Shown one piece after another: positions 26,439-39,911 of a DNA stretch of 64,000 nt (position 1 is the stretch's first letter; the number at the start of each line of letters is the position of its first letter). Made by a program: the position numbers and the translations under genes. The notes under the pieces are model-generated. The model did no database searches. It was given only the letters and a program-made list of their open reading frames with translations, and had not been told where the DNA came from. This DNA is from Lepidodermella squamata. Its lineage: Eukaryota; Animalia; Gastrotricha. Where the stretch lies: NCBI GenBank assembly GCA_047495785.1, contig JBLDXI010000028.1, forward strand, positions 1,302,001-1,366,000. Reading direction: 5' to 3'.

Positions 26439-28532
26439 AAATTTGATGCTCGGCCCCGTGGAACCGTTGAAAAATGTCTAATAAGTTGTTCAACTTGGAA
26501 ATTTATTTGCCAAAATGGCAGGTGAAATTTTGACGTTTCCTTTTGGCTTTTGGCTCGGACCAGTCGAAAGGGCAACGCTGGTTTCTGCCAGAGAGACGAG
26601 CGGTAATCTTTGAAATCATGGTTTTGTCCGCTCAATGTTCATTGATAGAAAAATACGTCAACCACCATAGTCACAATGATTGTACACCAACCGGTGGGAA
26701 TTCCGGGACATAAAAGAGTTCAATGTGGTATTATAGAGATTGGAGATACATTGATTTATATCTTTTCTGTTGAAGGATACCTATCATGTTTAACGCTGAT
26801 CAGGGCTGAAACTTCATTCAGCTCATTGATGTAACCTGATCGAGGCGTCGCTGTTTGACCTGAGAGATGCGGAAACAACTATATTGCTAGGAAATAAAAT
26901 TCACGACGGTAATTATCTTGAGTGAGACTGTTTTTTCACTAGGACCGGAGTCGTGCGCTGTATACATTCTTATTACCCATATTATTATACCGGATATCGG
27001 ATTTCGCCACGAGATAGCAAACTTTTGAAGCTAGGCTGCGCATTCATGCATTTCCTAAGTAATTTAAGAACGTCCGGCTTGATCTTCAAGAACGTATCGG
27101 TTTCGTTCACGATGCAAGGATTTTTACTACATTCAGCCCCCGTGTCTGCTCAACATCACGACTCAACTCTGGTATAGATCTTTAGCATTTTGAATTTCGC
27201 GACGACATTAGTCAGTAAGAACACTTTCAAATTTCAACATAGATGCTAAAAAGAACAAAGAATACATTTCTAAAAGGCAAAGTCCCGTTCAATTATGTTT
27301 TCCTTCGACTTATTGAAAAGATTAACATTTCCAAAAATTAGTCTTTGCCATTTTGAAATTTGCATTGTTAATCCAAAGTTGGCGCGAAATTATGATTTAT
27401 TAACACGCAGAACCATTAAAATCGCCCGATTAACTCTCCCCGATGAAGCAAAAAATTGATTAGCACTTCTATAATTCACGCGATGATATCAAATGTTCGT
27501 GGGAACATGTTTATTGGCATTGCACCAGCGTTAAATGCGTGATTTAAAATATCAGAGCTGTTTAAATAAACACCAAAAACTTGACATTGCATTTGCATTT
27601 TCGATAAATTATCCCGCCATTCGGAGAAAACGTCGCTCCATTTAGATCGTCATTCCATTCTATTCTTAAACCGATCTTTGCTCCCTGCAAATTTTTTTCT
27701 TGCTTTGGTTGTTAGTTTATCAAATGCTTTAAATTCACACAACCGAACGTGACGAACGTGATCAATTTTTAAGGACATTCCACATAAACCCCACCTTGAT
27801 ATCCTCCGCCCAATTATCGTAGTGGCTCTAATTTCATGTTTTGCCGCGCCTTGATTTTAAAGCTCTCTCGATAAAAAAACATTCACCTGAGTCCATTGTC
27901 AGTAATCAGGAATAAGTAACCGATTTTTCTGCGATAGCCGTAGCGGCTTTTTCAGGTTGATCACGCAAATGCGAAACTGATTGATTTCTTTATTCCTTGT
28001 CACGAGCTGAGTCAGTCGACAAATCTTTACTGCCTCCTGGCGTTTTTCTATTGCATCTTATGCCACGTCAAATTTCAAGTGGGCAGTATAAGCTTTAGTA
28101 TTTTTCTTTTTTTCTTAATTCCTGGATTTGGAAACGACATCGATTTTGTTTCGAATCCTAAATCTTATCAGATTTCATGGCATCAGTATTTTCTAGAACA
28201 ACCTAGCAATAAAATTTAAGAGTAATTCGTTGTAAGACATATTCAATATTAGTTTCACTTGAAGGCCATCGGCTTCGACGACTGCGTAGGATAAGTGCAT
28301 ACAGTGCAAGATCACGCCTTTCCCGTGTCATGTGTCATCTGTTTTCAGCGCAATTATCGCCTGTAAATTTTGCTATTCTGAGATTGCATCAGCGTCATAT
28401 GTCCGTCCAATGGTTACATTTTGCTATTAACAAGATATTTCTATTTTTTTAAGCAGTCCCACTCGTTAATAAATTTATACCTGGAAATTCACCGCATATT
28501 GATTATTCTAGTTCTAGAGAATTCTTAAAAAA

Positions 28533-31367
28533 ATGTCGCTGAACTTAACCAAAAACTTGGTAAAAGTAAACTTACGCCATTAAATTTTATTAAAATAAAT
28601 ATTCACAGGGTTCAGCTGGCATGAGTTCAGCACCTTTGATTTTTCAAAATCAGAGCGATTTTCAGCAATACGTCGATAAATCTTGCTCGGACGCAGTGAA
28701 CAGAATAGTTTCTATTTGGCTCGTACAATTACTAACAAATTTGACAAATTATGACCCTACGGCAAATATCACAGCAGCAAATGCGACCAATTTGAGCACG
28801 AATTCCTCTGGAACGAATGTCACAAATACTACTCAATCGGCGAATGTTGATCAGGTCACAGCAATGCTTGATTCGCTATCATCAATAGGCCCACTACTTC
28901 TTCAAAAGGCAATTCTAAAAATGCTAGCAGAAGATATGGGCGTTCAAACAGCAATAGAAGGAAATTTGATAAATAGCGCGAGTTTCAGCACGGCAGTTTA
29001 TGCGAACATGGTGACGCCCATTAAGGACAACAGCAACGTATTTTACCTTTTGGCCATGGGCATTTTCATTTATTTTATGCAAACCGGTTTCGCCCTCATG
29101 GAAGTTGGCATGGTTCGAACAAAGAACACATCGAACAGCTTGTGGAAAAACGTTTCATACAGCTGTGAGTTGATGAAAATAATCATTCATCTTTCATCTG
29201 AATTTTTTACAGTTGCATCCGCCCTTGGTTATTGGCTCACAGGAATGGCGTTTTCGTTCGGCGATAGTCGCGGTCATTTTGCGGGCTCAACTTTCTGGGC
29301 GTTCAAGGATATGCCAACAACTGGGGCGGGCACAAATTTGATGCTATTCTTCTTTGAATACGTGTTTTGCACGACAGCCGGAGCAGTAATGACAGGTATT
29401 TCTCAGAGAAAAAATTCAAGACGTAGGTATATCAAGACTCCTTCAACTAAGGTGCAATCGCCGAACGAGCTCAGTTGATATGCTACATAATTTACACACT
29501 CATCGCTTCAGCTGTCACCTATCCAGTCGTAGTCCATTGGTGCTGGCATGCGGAAGGCTGGCTGGTCCAAGGATTCAAGTACAACATGACAGGATCGGAT
29601 GATTTAGTGACCATTGGATACGAAGATTTTGCGGGATCCGGTGTTGTCCACGTGTGTGGCGGTGTAGCGGCTCTCGTAGCTATCATCTTCGTCGGCCCAA
29701 GGATTGGTCGATTTGGGCCGAACGGTGAAGTCAATGAAATCAGCGGACATTCTGTCACGGTATGAAATAAACCACTCCACATCTGAACTACTGCTATCTC
29801 TTAGCTAATACTCAGCTTGTTGGTGCTGGAGCTATGACCCTCTTCACAGGTTTTCTTGCCTTCAACGCCGGGTCGAAGCTGTCGATTAGCAATGATGGCG
29901 ACACGATCGCGATCAATCGAGCAGCTGTAAACACGATAATATGCGGAACCGGTGGCTTTCTCGTTGTTGGCATTTTGCACCGAATACTCAGCAAAAGATG
30001 GCTAGTTATTCCTATGCTGTGTGGCGGGTTGGCTGGCAACGTTGCGGCCTGCTGCAATTGTCACACCGTTGAAGCTTGGGCTGCATTCTCTATTGGGTAA
30101 TTTTGGGATTTTTGGAATCTGCATAAAAGTTATAAGCTGATTGAAGACTTAAAGAGCTCTGCCCTTCATTTAGAGCTTCGAAAATGTAAAATCAAGAAAA
30201 AGAGACTTACAGTTATGGCCATTTTCAACTATGCATTAAGGCGTCTTATCTATCGACTTTATATTTAACAGAATTTTGGCGGGCCTCATGTTCATGTTTG
30301 CTTCATGGGCACTGCGAAAACTAAGAATCGACGACGCTGCAGACGCTGTTGGAGGTTAAAACGGGCTGAAAGTACTTTTAATTCTTTAATTCTTCTTGAG
30401 TTTTTGCAGTTCATTGGGGAGGCGGTTTTGTCGGAGTATTGGGACTCGCTTTCTTTAAAATCGATGTCGGTGTTCTGTATGCCTGGGACTACCGATCTGG
30501 ACTGGTGAGCCGGCTAAAATACGACCACATTTGGTGTTAATTATTAATTTATGTTCATCAGATTCTTGGCTGGCAACTCCTAGGCTTCACCGTGATATCG
30601 CTATGGAGCGCATCTCACACAGTAAGTGGGTCAAATTTCTTGCTGTCGTGTGTAATTATCTCCTATTATCCTAGTACGTGATCTTCTATATCCTGAAAAT
30701 GTTCAATATGGTACGAGTTGATCCAGAGACGGAGCTACTAGGGCTAGACTACGCCCACGGCCACGAATTGCCTTACCCATCGGAAGCTTACAAGAAGCCA
30801 AATGTGCATGAACCGGAACCTGCTTGCGGTGAGATGGGTGCCTACAATTTGACAGAGGAAGAAAAACTTGAGCTCGCCTATGATCAGCTATTTGAGGAAG
30901 AAATGTCAAAGTATACCGTTGAATATATCAACAAACCAGGCTGGTCACACCCAGTTTTTGGCGGCGTTCTCTACGACTTGAGTTGGATTTCAGTTGTGCG
31001 GTCGCGGAGGAAGGAAATGGAAAAGCGGATGAAAGCTGCACTTATCAAAGCCAACGGCAGCGCTTCTCACACGAATGGTCACGCACTTCCGGTTATGACG
31101 CAACGCAGCGATCTTCACATGGTGGAAAACGGCAATGTTAAGCCTAACTCTGTGCCTATGGCTACATTAGCCCCTGCTGTGAATTCGACCCGATCGGAGC
31201 AAGCCGTCAACACTTCTGAACCCCCAACCCTAATCGATGCGAGTACAAATGTGGCTATGCGGTTCCGCGGTGATTTCAAGTCCTTCCAAGCCAATATGCA
31301 GCCGTCCTATGAAAATGGTGAAGCCGGCCATGGCCTTTCGCATGTCAACCCGAGTTTTGAATACTAA
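28533..31367 (+). CDS. amt: Ammonium transporter paralogue 1 (about 9 exons; long glycosylated N-terminus, long C-tail)
   Basis: FMQTGFALMEVGMVR, GAIAER, HWCW...GWL, DFAGSGVVH, GPRIGRF, FLAFNAGS, DDAADAVGVH, ELLGLD. A probable first exon 28533-28559 splices in frame. Confidence 0.93.
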
Positions 31368-32428
31368 ATATCGATGGACTACATTTTATACTTTTATGCA
31401 TGAAAAACTCACAGCTTGCTCGCGTCTTGCAGGGGCTGATCCAATTTTTATACATCAGTTTTGAACTCAAATGTTATATTGTGGCCAAACATGTCGTTCT
31501 CTATGTAATTTGTAACATTTCGTTGTGCTGATTTCTCATTGTTCACCTGCAAAAGCGACAAGCGGCAATTTTTCAGTTTAAAACTAACTTGAATTTTATT
31601 TCTACCTGTGTTAAAACAAGGATCGTTTAATAAAAAAAAGCCTGTCCGAAACCCGTGGCATCCTCTTTTATCTAATTTTGCGTGGTTCCATCTTGAAAAC
31701 CTTTTAAATTCAAGATCCGTGAATTCGCTCGCGATTTCATTCAGCAAAGAGGTGACTTGCACGCTGATCATGGCTATAATGACTTCAAGATGATAAAATT
31801 GTCGAGCCTTGAGCGTATCCATTAAATAATGGACATCATTATCACAGACATTCTCAAGATTGATGCATTCAACTCGTAAATGTACTAATTTCTTTCCAGG
31901 TCAATGAGGGCTTTCATCGATTTGAACGGTAGCCAAAGCTGTCAAGAAGCTGCATAACATTCAAAGTCTCACTTTTCACCCCGGTGAAAGTGGGCAAGGG
32001 TAGAAAAATTCCCATCATCGATGACCCGGCGTAAGAGCTAAATAGTCAAGTTTTGTGTTTTTATTTCGTCCGATGTTCTAATTACTATATTACGTGCGAA
32101 GTGACTAACTTTCGATAGTTTCGAAGTTTTTGTTCCGGAAACAGTCTGGCATTACACATTACAGCCCACCTGGTAGCAGTATCTATTATTGATGAATTCC
32201 ATTAAAAACCTCTGTTCGAAAATAGCGTTTTTTTATCCACACGAGACAACTTTTCGTACACTCGAGAGACAATTGCGTCATAAAAATTCGCTTCGCACAT
32301 TTTACTGCCTCTTTCTATTAGCTGATACCCTCTTCCTCTTCCTCCCGATTTTAGTGAAGGAACACCATGATTGTTCGCGATTAAATATCGGCAGGTGATT
32401 TTTCATTGTAGGCCTTACTTCTTTACGG

Positions 32429-34588
32429 ATGGAAATCGATTATAACCAAACCGATTTTCGCCTAAGTATTGATTCCGCATGTTACTTGAAGGCTCAAAGA
32501 ATCATCGCAACTATCATTGATAAAGTTCGTTTTTCACTCAAACAGTTTCGTAAAACCTAAATTGTGATGTTTTTAGCTAAATTTGACAGATCGCGAAGTT
32601 CAGGAACCATCACACCTAGCGGCAAGCCTTAAATCGACATGCTATTCGGCTCTTAACAACATCAACGCTGAAGCAGGAAAAGATATAGCAATTTACGGAG
32701 CTGGGTCAAACGCTTTTTTCCTCCTGTTCATGGCCATGAATATTTTCAGTATGGATTTCGGTTTTGCTATGCTCGAATGTGGCCTTATCCGGGAGAAAAG
32801 CTCCGGCAACAGTATGCTGAAAAATTGTCTATATACATGTAGGTTACATCGCGTTTTTAATATTGCAATCTTTACATTCCCTGATCAAGTTACATCCTCG
32901 ATACCTTATTGGCTTTTGGGTTATTCATTGACCTATGGCAAGTCGATTGGAGGATTAATCGGTGATTTGACTTATGTAGCGATGATCGATGAGTCTAACG
33001 GTGTTTTCTGGTTTTTCGAGGTTAAGTCAGCATTCTTTATTGTTAAGATCTTAGTCGAACTTGGATGTTTAGCTTTCATTTTGTCTAACCACATCGGCTA
33101 TCGTTTCCGGTGCAATGGCGGAAAAAGGCCAACTTTCAGCCTACATGATGTTCAACGTAGTTACTTCGGCCATCATCTTTCCAATTATAGCTCATTGGGC
33201 TTGGAATGACGAAGGTTTTACATTGCTGGAATCTAGTCAGCAATATCGTATATTTTGTTAATTTAATAGGATGGCTCAAACTGGGATCAGTATACCAATT
33301 GGACACTTCAAGCGGAACTGACGAAGTGCGCATCGGATATTTCGTAAGATTCCAGTTTGCAAACCATCTTAGGTAACAATTTGATTATAGGATTTTGCGG
33401 GAAGTGGTGTTTGCCACGTAACTGGTGGAATAGCAGGGCTAGGTAACATTTATATGCTTCATCATTACATTTAAACTTAACGAATTGACGCTCCTCGATT
33501 CAGTGTTTATAGCTTTTAATGGGCCTCGAATTGAGCGAATAGGTCCGGATGGAAAATTTCGTTTCTCTGAAATCCCTGGACACAATTTAGCGGTAATTGA
33601 CCTTTCCTTTATCAATATTCTAAAAACAGCTCCTATTTTATTAGTATTTTGTTTACGGAGCAACTTGTTTGTTCTCGAATTTCATCGCCTTCAACGCCGG
33701 TTCACAGCTTTCAATGAACTTGGCAAAGGATCAAATGCCAATCATTAGGGCTACGTCAACCACGGTAACTGCAGGATTTAGCGGCGGCATCACAACAGCG
33801 ATTTACCTAAGACTTTTCCATCGACAATGGTCCCTTGTGGCGCCCTTATGCGCAGCTCTTGCTGGCACGGTCGCCATATGCTGCAGCTGCAGTGTCGTTC
33901 AAAATTGGGGAGCAGTTTGCATTGGGTAAGAAAAGCTGCCGGATCTCTGAGACTGACTAATGTGAATATCTTAGAGTCATTGGGGCAATTGTTAGTCAAT
34001 TGGTTTCTTACCTCATGAAAGTCGCAAAGCTCGATGATCCTGTCGACGCGGTTTCCGTTCATTTCGGTGGCGGATTGGCTGGCCTACTAAGCTACCCGTT
34101 CTTCAAAATCGATGAAGGGATCCTCTACAACTGGGACCGACGGGGTCTCTTGGTGAGTGATGTCCTCTTGGCGGTATTTTCCTTTAGATTTCCTCTTCAG
34201 ATGCTTGGTTGGCAATTCGTTGGCCTTCTTTCTATTATGGCTTACACTGCAGCTGTGACGATCATCTTATGCCTGATCCTCAGGGCTTTCAACATGTTGT
34301 CTGTTGACAGAGAGGCGGAAGAGCTCGGTTTGTGAAACATGATTCCTGACTTCATAACTTCAACGTATTTCCTTTACAGGTTTGACGATAGCGCATGGGC
34401 ACGAGGGCTCAGAGGAAATAGCGTCTGAGCTAATAAAAACCATTAATCTTTTCGGCGAAACTGATAAGGAAATCAGTAGCAAAAAGCCACCCTCATGTGT
34501 GCTACTTGATCTCAGTCGTTTCTCAATTGTCACAGATCTAAGGCTGCGCAAGAGGAAACAGACGCCTTCGGAATCAAGTCAATTGTGA
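32429..34588 (+). CDS. amt: Ammonium transporter paralogue 2 (about 11 exons)
   Basis: [49 protein letters not shown]. All exon phases join into an open frame. Confidence 0.92.
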
Positions 34589-34750
34589 GAAGTTTTCACA
34601 AAATTGAAAAATGTATTGCCAATTAAAATAAGTGAGTGGATCAACATCTACGCAGCTGTATTTTTTAATCTGATACAGCCTCGAGCTATGCTAGCTAATT
34701 ATGATGTAGAAAATGCCTGAGCAGTAAGAGTGTCAATGCATGGATGAAAA

Positions 34751-36745
34751 ATGCTTTCCGACTCTGAAAAATTCCTCATCGAAGCAGGATGCAATGCCAA
34801 AGCGAAAAAGGTGTTGGCAGATCTTTTTCTGAAAGTGATTTTTGTCCATTCCATCTTGAATAAATGTTACTTAGTAGCCAATTTTTTCCAGTTGAACTTG
34901 ACAGAGGAGTCTGTTACGGAGTTAGTTACCGCAGAATTACGGAGAGCTGTTGAGCAAACGAAAGCCAACGATGAAAAGCTGCTTACGACTACGCAGAATG
35001 TGTTTTTCCTCCTCCTGACAGGAATCTTCATTTTTAGCATGGATTCAGGATTCGCGCTACTCGAATGCGGTCTCGTCCGTCAGAAAAATTGTGCCAACAG
35101 CATAGCGAAGAATTGCATCTACTCGTGTTGGTACACTTGACCTAGGTTCGGTAATCACAGCTAATTTGTGCCTCCATAGTTTCAACAGCCATTCCTTACT
35201 GGTTGGTTGGGCATTCTATAACATACGGCAAATCTATCAATGGGATTTTCGGGGATCTGAGTGATCAAATTGGCGGTTCTAATGGTGTTTTCTGGTTCTT
35301 TGAGGTTGTTACTGAACTCCTTGAGGCTTTTACTTAAACTGCTGTCTACCTTAGTATTCTTTTTGTCTGACAACCTCTGCGATTGTTTCTGGGGCCATTG
35401 CCGAAAAGGGTCAGTTGGTTGGCTACCTGTGTTACACCTGGGTAACTTCTGCATTGATCTTCCCAGTCGTTGCTCATTGGACATGGAACGAAGAGGGATG
35501 GCTGCGAATGGGGGCTATTTATCACCTCGCTGATGGGCCACAACGGATAGGGTTTATAGTGAGCATTTTCTCCCTGGAGGAAGCTCTTGTATCTGATTCT
35601 TTAAAAAGGATTTCGCTGGCTCAGGGGTATGCCACGTTGTTGGTGCAGCTTCTTCATTAGGTAGGTTACGATCCATTAGTTGTACGGTTTGCCAAGTTTT
35701 TTTTTTTACTTTTTTTTACTAGTCTTTGTGATTTTCAATGGTCCGAGGATTGATCGAATAGGACTAAGAGGAGAATTTCAAGATATCAATGGCCACAATC
35801 TCCAGGTAAATTTGCTTTCATTTTCGCTTTAAAGTATGATCTGGTGTTCAGTTTTTAACCATTGGATGCATGCTGCTTTTCTCGAGCTTCATCGCCTTCA
35901 ACGCCGGATCAGAAATGTCCATAGCCAGAGCTAAGAATCAGATGTCTGTAATCCGAGCTGCCTCGACAACCGTCGCCGCTACTTTAGGAGGCGGTCTAAT
36001 CGCCATGGCCTACCACCGAATCTTCAAAAAACGATGGTCTCTGATCCCGGTCCTATGCTGCTCGTTAGCCGGAACTGTAGCCATCTGCTGCAGTTGCAAT
36101 GTCGTGCAAAACTGGGCTGCGTTTATCATAGGGTTCGAAAGATCTTAAAACCACCCAAAAAACAATTGTCAATTTCGAATTTTTCAGGGTCATTGCTGGG
36201 CTGGCTTGCATGTCAACATCTCAAGCCATGAAAAGGATTCGATTGGATGATCCAGTCGATGCTGTCTCCGTCCACTTTGGCGGCGGAGTGATCGGCCTGG
36301 TGTGCTATGCCTTTTTCAAAATCGACGAAGGGATTCTCTACCATTGGGACCGAAAATCATTTCTTGTTCGATATTTGTTCTCCCTTCAAAGTACGGGATT
36401 AATAGTTCATTTTTAGATGCTAGGCTGGCAAATGGCTGGACTTGTATCAATCGTTTTTTACACTGGATTCGTGACGTTTCTGCTATGCCTAATCCTGAAA
36501 TATTTCAACCTTCTAACGGTCGACGAAAATTCTGAAAAAATCGGTATTAATTGAGGCAATTTTCTATTTAATAGCCCTAATAATGTCATTTTTCAGGGCT
36601 AAGCGCATCCTATGGACATGAGACGGAGAACAATTTTGAAATGCTCTCAACGCCACATATCAATTATCACGAGTTGCCTGTCGCCGCAAGAATCCGTCTA
36701 AGAAAAAACGCCGTCAGACCTAATAATGCTGCTTCAACGTCTTGA
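34751..36745 (+). CDS. amt: Ammonium transporter paralogue 3 (about 10 exons)
   Basis: [49 protein letters not shown]. Confidence 0.92.
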
Positions 36746-36939
36746 GGCGAATAAAAACTGACATTTTTGCAGAGCGTGTCACGCATTTTCAAGCCTTACG
36801 GGATCAATTTTAGTCAATAAATTCGAAAAAATTTACCTATATGCCTGAGGGCCTACTCAGCGTGGTTTCCGCTTTTCAAAAGTAAGACGCGCATCACTTG
36901 ACAATAATCATCGCGCTCCCTCACTTTATACATCATAAA

Positions 36940-39760
36940 ATGATTGTCAATAACACTTCCTACATTGACTCGCAATGTGCAATAAAAGCCCGCAAAATTT
37001 TGGCTCAGCTTATCGCTCAGGTTCGGCCTGTTTCAACTTTGAAAATTTCGGATTTTTCTAAAGCAAATTTTTTTTCCAGCTCAATTTGACTTCTATCGAC
37101 TTGGACGCAACTCAAGACCCGGCGGAAATAGCGAGAATAATCAGGGAAAGATGTCTTTCAGCCGTAGCGAAGGCAACGTCTGAGCAAGCTGAGGATTTGG
37201 AGAAATTCGGACGTCGCTACAACGCGTTTTTCTTATTCATTCTTGCGCTGTTCATCTTCAGCATGGATTTCGGTTTCGCCCTACTCGAATGCGGGCTAGT
37301 TAGGAAGAAAAATTCCGCCAATAGCATGCTGAAAAATCTCTTCTATTCATGTGAATTTCCATAATTTTATTTTGTCTTTACTTTAAACATTGTGATTTTC
37401 TTTTTGCAATTTATCATCAGATTCAAAAAACAACTGAAAAATTCACTGTAATAGGGTACGGCGACAAAACAGCAACTGCGTAGAACAGCAAATGCGACAA
37501 AACAGCAACATTTTTTCATTTCGCGACAAAACAGCGAGAACCAGTTACGTAAAAGAAGCATCGTGTTTCTGCTGTTATGTCGCAATGCGAAAAAGTTGCT
37601 GTTTTGTAGCGTTTGCTGTTTTGGGTATTTGCTGTTATGACGGTGTTATTGACTGTAAATGCCCTATTACAAGTCTGCCTCGTATTTGAGCCTTGATTTT
37701 TAAAAAAAAATTATATATTTTTGCGCAGTCGACAGGAAGAATCAAATTTCGAAATTCCCCGGAAATTTTCGGAAACTTCATGATTAATTTAAAAAATTCA
37801 AATTATTTACCATTGAATTTTGGGTAATTTCAGTAGAAGACCTATTTATTAAAATTATTTCTTATCGATTTATCGAATTTCCGTAAATTGATTTTAAATT
37901 TCCAACAGTTACGTCTTCAATTCCTTACTGGCTATTTGGTCACTCTTTGACCTATGGAAAATCGATCGGTGGACTGTTCGGCGATATGACCTACGCTGCT
38001 GAGACATCAGAGTTTGAAAATGGCGTATTCTGGTTTTTCGAGGTATTTTCATTCGAAAATTAAATTGGAAAATTACCTTACCTAGACTTTCCCATAGTAT
38101 TCCTTCTGCTTAACGACTTCAGCCATTGTTTCCGGTGCTATAGCAGAGAAGGGGCAGCTGATTGCTTTCATTTCTCACACAATCCTTACTTCGAGCTTGA
38201 TTTTTCCTGTCGTGGCTCATTGGGCCTGGAACGATGAAGGTGACTTCCTAATTAAACTCGACAATTTTCATTACGTTTTTTTTCTTTTTAGGTTGGTTGA
38301 GGAAGGGACAAATGCTGGAAATTGAGACTGATGAGGGAAAGCAAACAGTTCACTTTGGATACTTTGTGAGTTTCCTAATTTTTTTAATTCTCATTATTCC
38401 AAATTTCCAAACAGGATTTTGCGGGTTCGGGTGTTTGCCACGTTGTTGGAGCAGTTGCCGCTTTAGGTATACCTTATTTTATTTATTTATTTTTATTTAA
38501 TTTTCGGATATAGTTTTCATCTTTTTCAACGGCCCTCGAGCGGATAGAATCGGACCAGATGGAAAATTACTGCCTGACATTCCCGGCCACGACATTACAG
38601 TTTGTTAAAAATGCAAAATCAAGCAAAAATTTGAAAATTCTGCTAATTTTCAACAGCTGTTTGCCAACGGTTGTCAAAGCCTGTTTTCGAACTTTGTCGC
38701 TTTCAATACTGGATCGCAGTTATCGATGCGTCGTGTCAAAGACCAAATGCCTATTGTTCGGGCGACAGCTACGACAGTTTCTGCCGGTCTTGCCGCTGGA
38801 ATTTTCGCAGCATTTTACTACCGATTAGTCCACAAAAAATGGTCGCTAATTCAGCCTATGTGTTGCGCTTTGGCTGGAACTGTGGCGATTTGTTGTAGCT
38901 GTAGCGTGGTTCAAAATTGGGCAGCTCTTTGCATTGGGTTCGTAAATTCTATCAATTGATATTACTCAAAAAGCATCAGAATTTTTCGAAACGCGAAAGA
39001 GATTTATTCCGAAGCCCCTTAAATCATTTTGAAATTTTTTCCTGGTGTAATTTTTTTACTGAACCTTTATTGAACCTCTGACCTATTTTTTCTAATTATT
39101 GCAGTATTTTAGCCGGGATCACGAGTCTTGTAGTATCTAATCTGATGAAATTTTTGAGGTTGGATGATCCAGTTGACGCCGTGGCAGGTTTGAAATATCA
39201 AATATTTTTAAACTTTTTTCAATTTTATTGTTACAACAGTACATCTCGGTGGGGGTGCGATCGGCCTTATTAGCTACGCATTTTTCAGAATCGATCAAGG
39301 AATAGTTTACAACTGGGACAAGCGCGGAGCTTTCGTAATAAACTTTTCTCATTTTTTCTCAAATTTTTAAATACATTTTTTAGATGTTGGCTTGGCAGCT
39401 AGCAGGTCTTGTCGCTATAACGCTCTACACAGGCCTCCTCACAACGATTTTGTGCCTCACTTTGAGAAAATTCAACCTTCTAACAGTCGACAGAATCAGC
39501 GAGGCAATAGGTGGGTGTTTGCTACCCTATAGCAATCTTCGTAAATACCTATACCTTTAATTTAAGGTTTAACGATCGCCCACGGCCATGAGGACGGTGA
39601 CGTGTTAGACGATGCAGCAGTTTGCGAGGCAATCGATCAAAAACTAGCGCAAATTCAAACAAGTTTTTCAAACAATAACTCAGTTGAAAAGTCTGCCCTA
39701 GATTTCAGTTCTGTATCTGTTGTTTCCAAAATTCGGCGAAGGATTGTCATGAAAGCATAA
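36940..39760 (+). CDS. amt: Ammonium transporter paralogue 4 (about 12 exons)
   Basis: [49 protein letters not shown]. Confidence 0.92.
37447..37671. mobile_element. Fold-back MITE in Amt4 intron 2
   Basis: Terminal TGTAATAGGG / CCCTATTACA; internal AAAACAGCAAC repeats mirrored by GTTGCTGTTTT. Confidence 0.65.
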
Positions 39761-39911
39761 ATAATAAAATAATGTAGCTAAAAATGCGATGGGCCTTTCG
39801 TGTTTGAAGGGGCGTATTTGAGTGAGATTGCTAATTAAAAAAAAGGTAAGTCTGTCATCTTGCCGATCAGCATTTCTTATTACTATCTTTATAAAAAAAA
39901 CTGCTAATAGA

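Noticed and set aside
29840-29875. W-to-F change in the GWxGFN motif as a novelty
   Set aside because: All seven copies have F here, and GF.AFN is, to my knowledge, usual in invertebrate Amts.
31448-31822. 124-aa minus-strand ORF between Amt1 and Amt2
   Set aside because: No motif, codon bias or splice support that I can identify.
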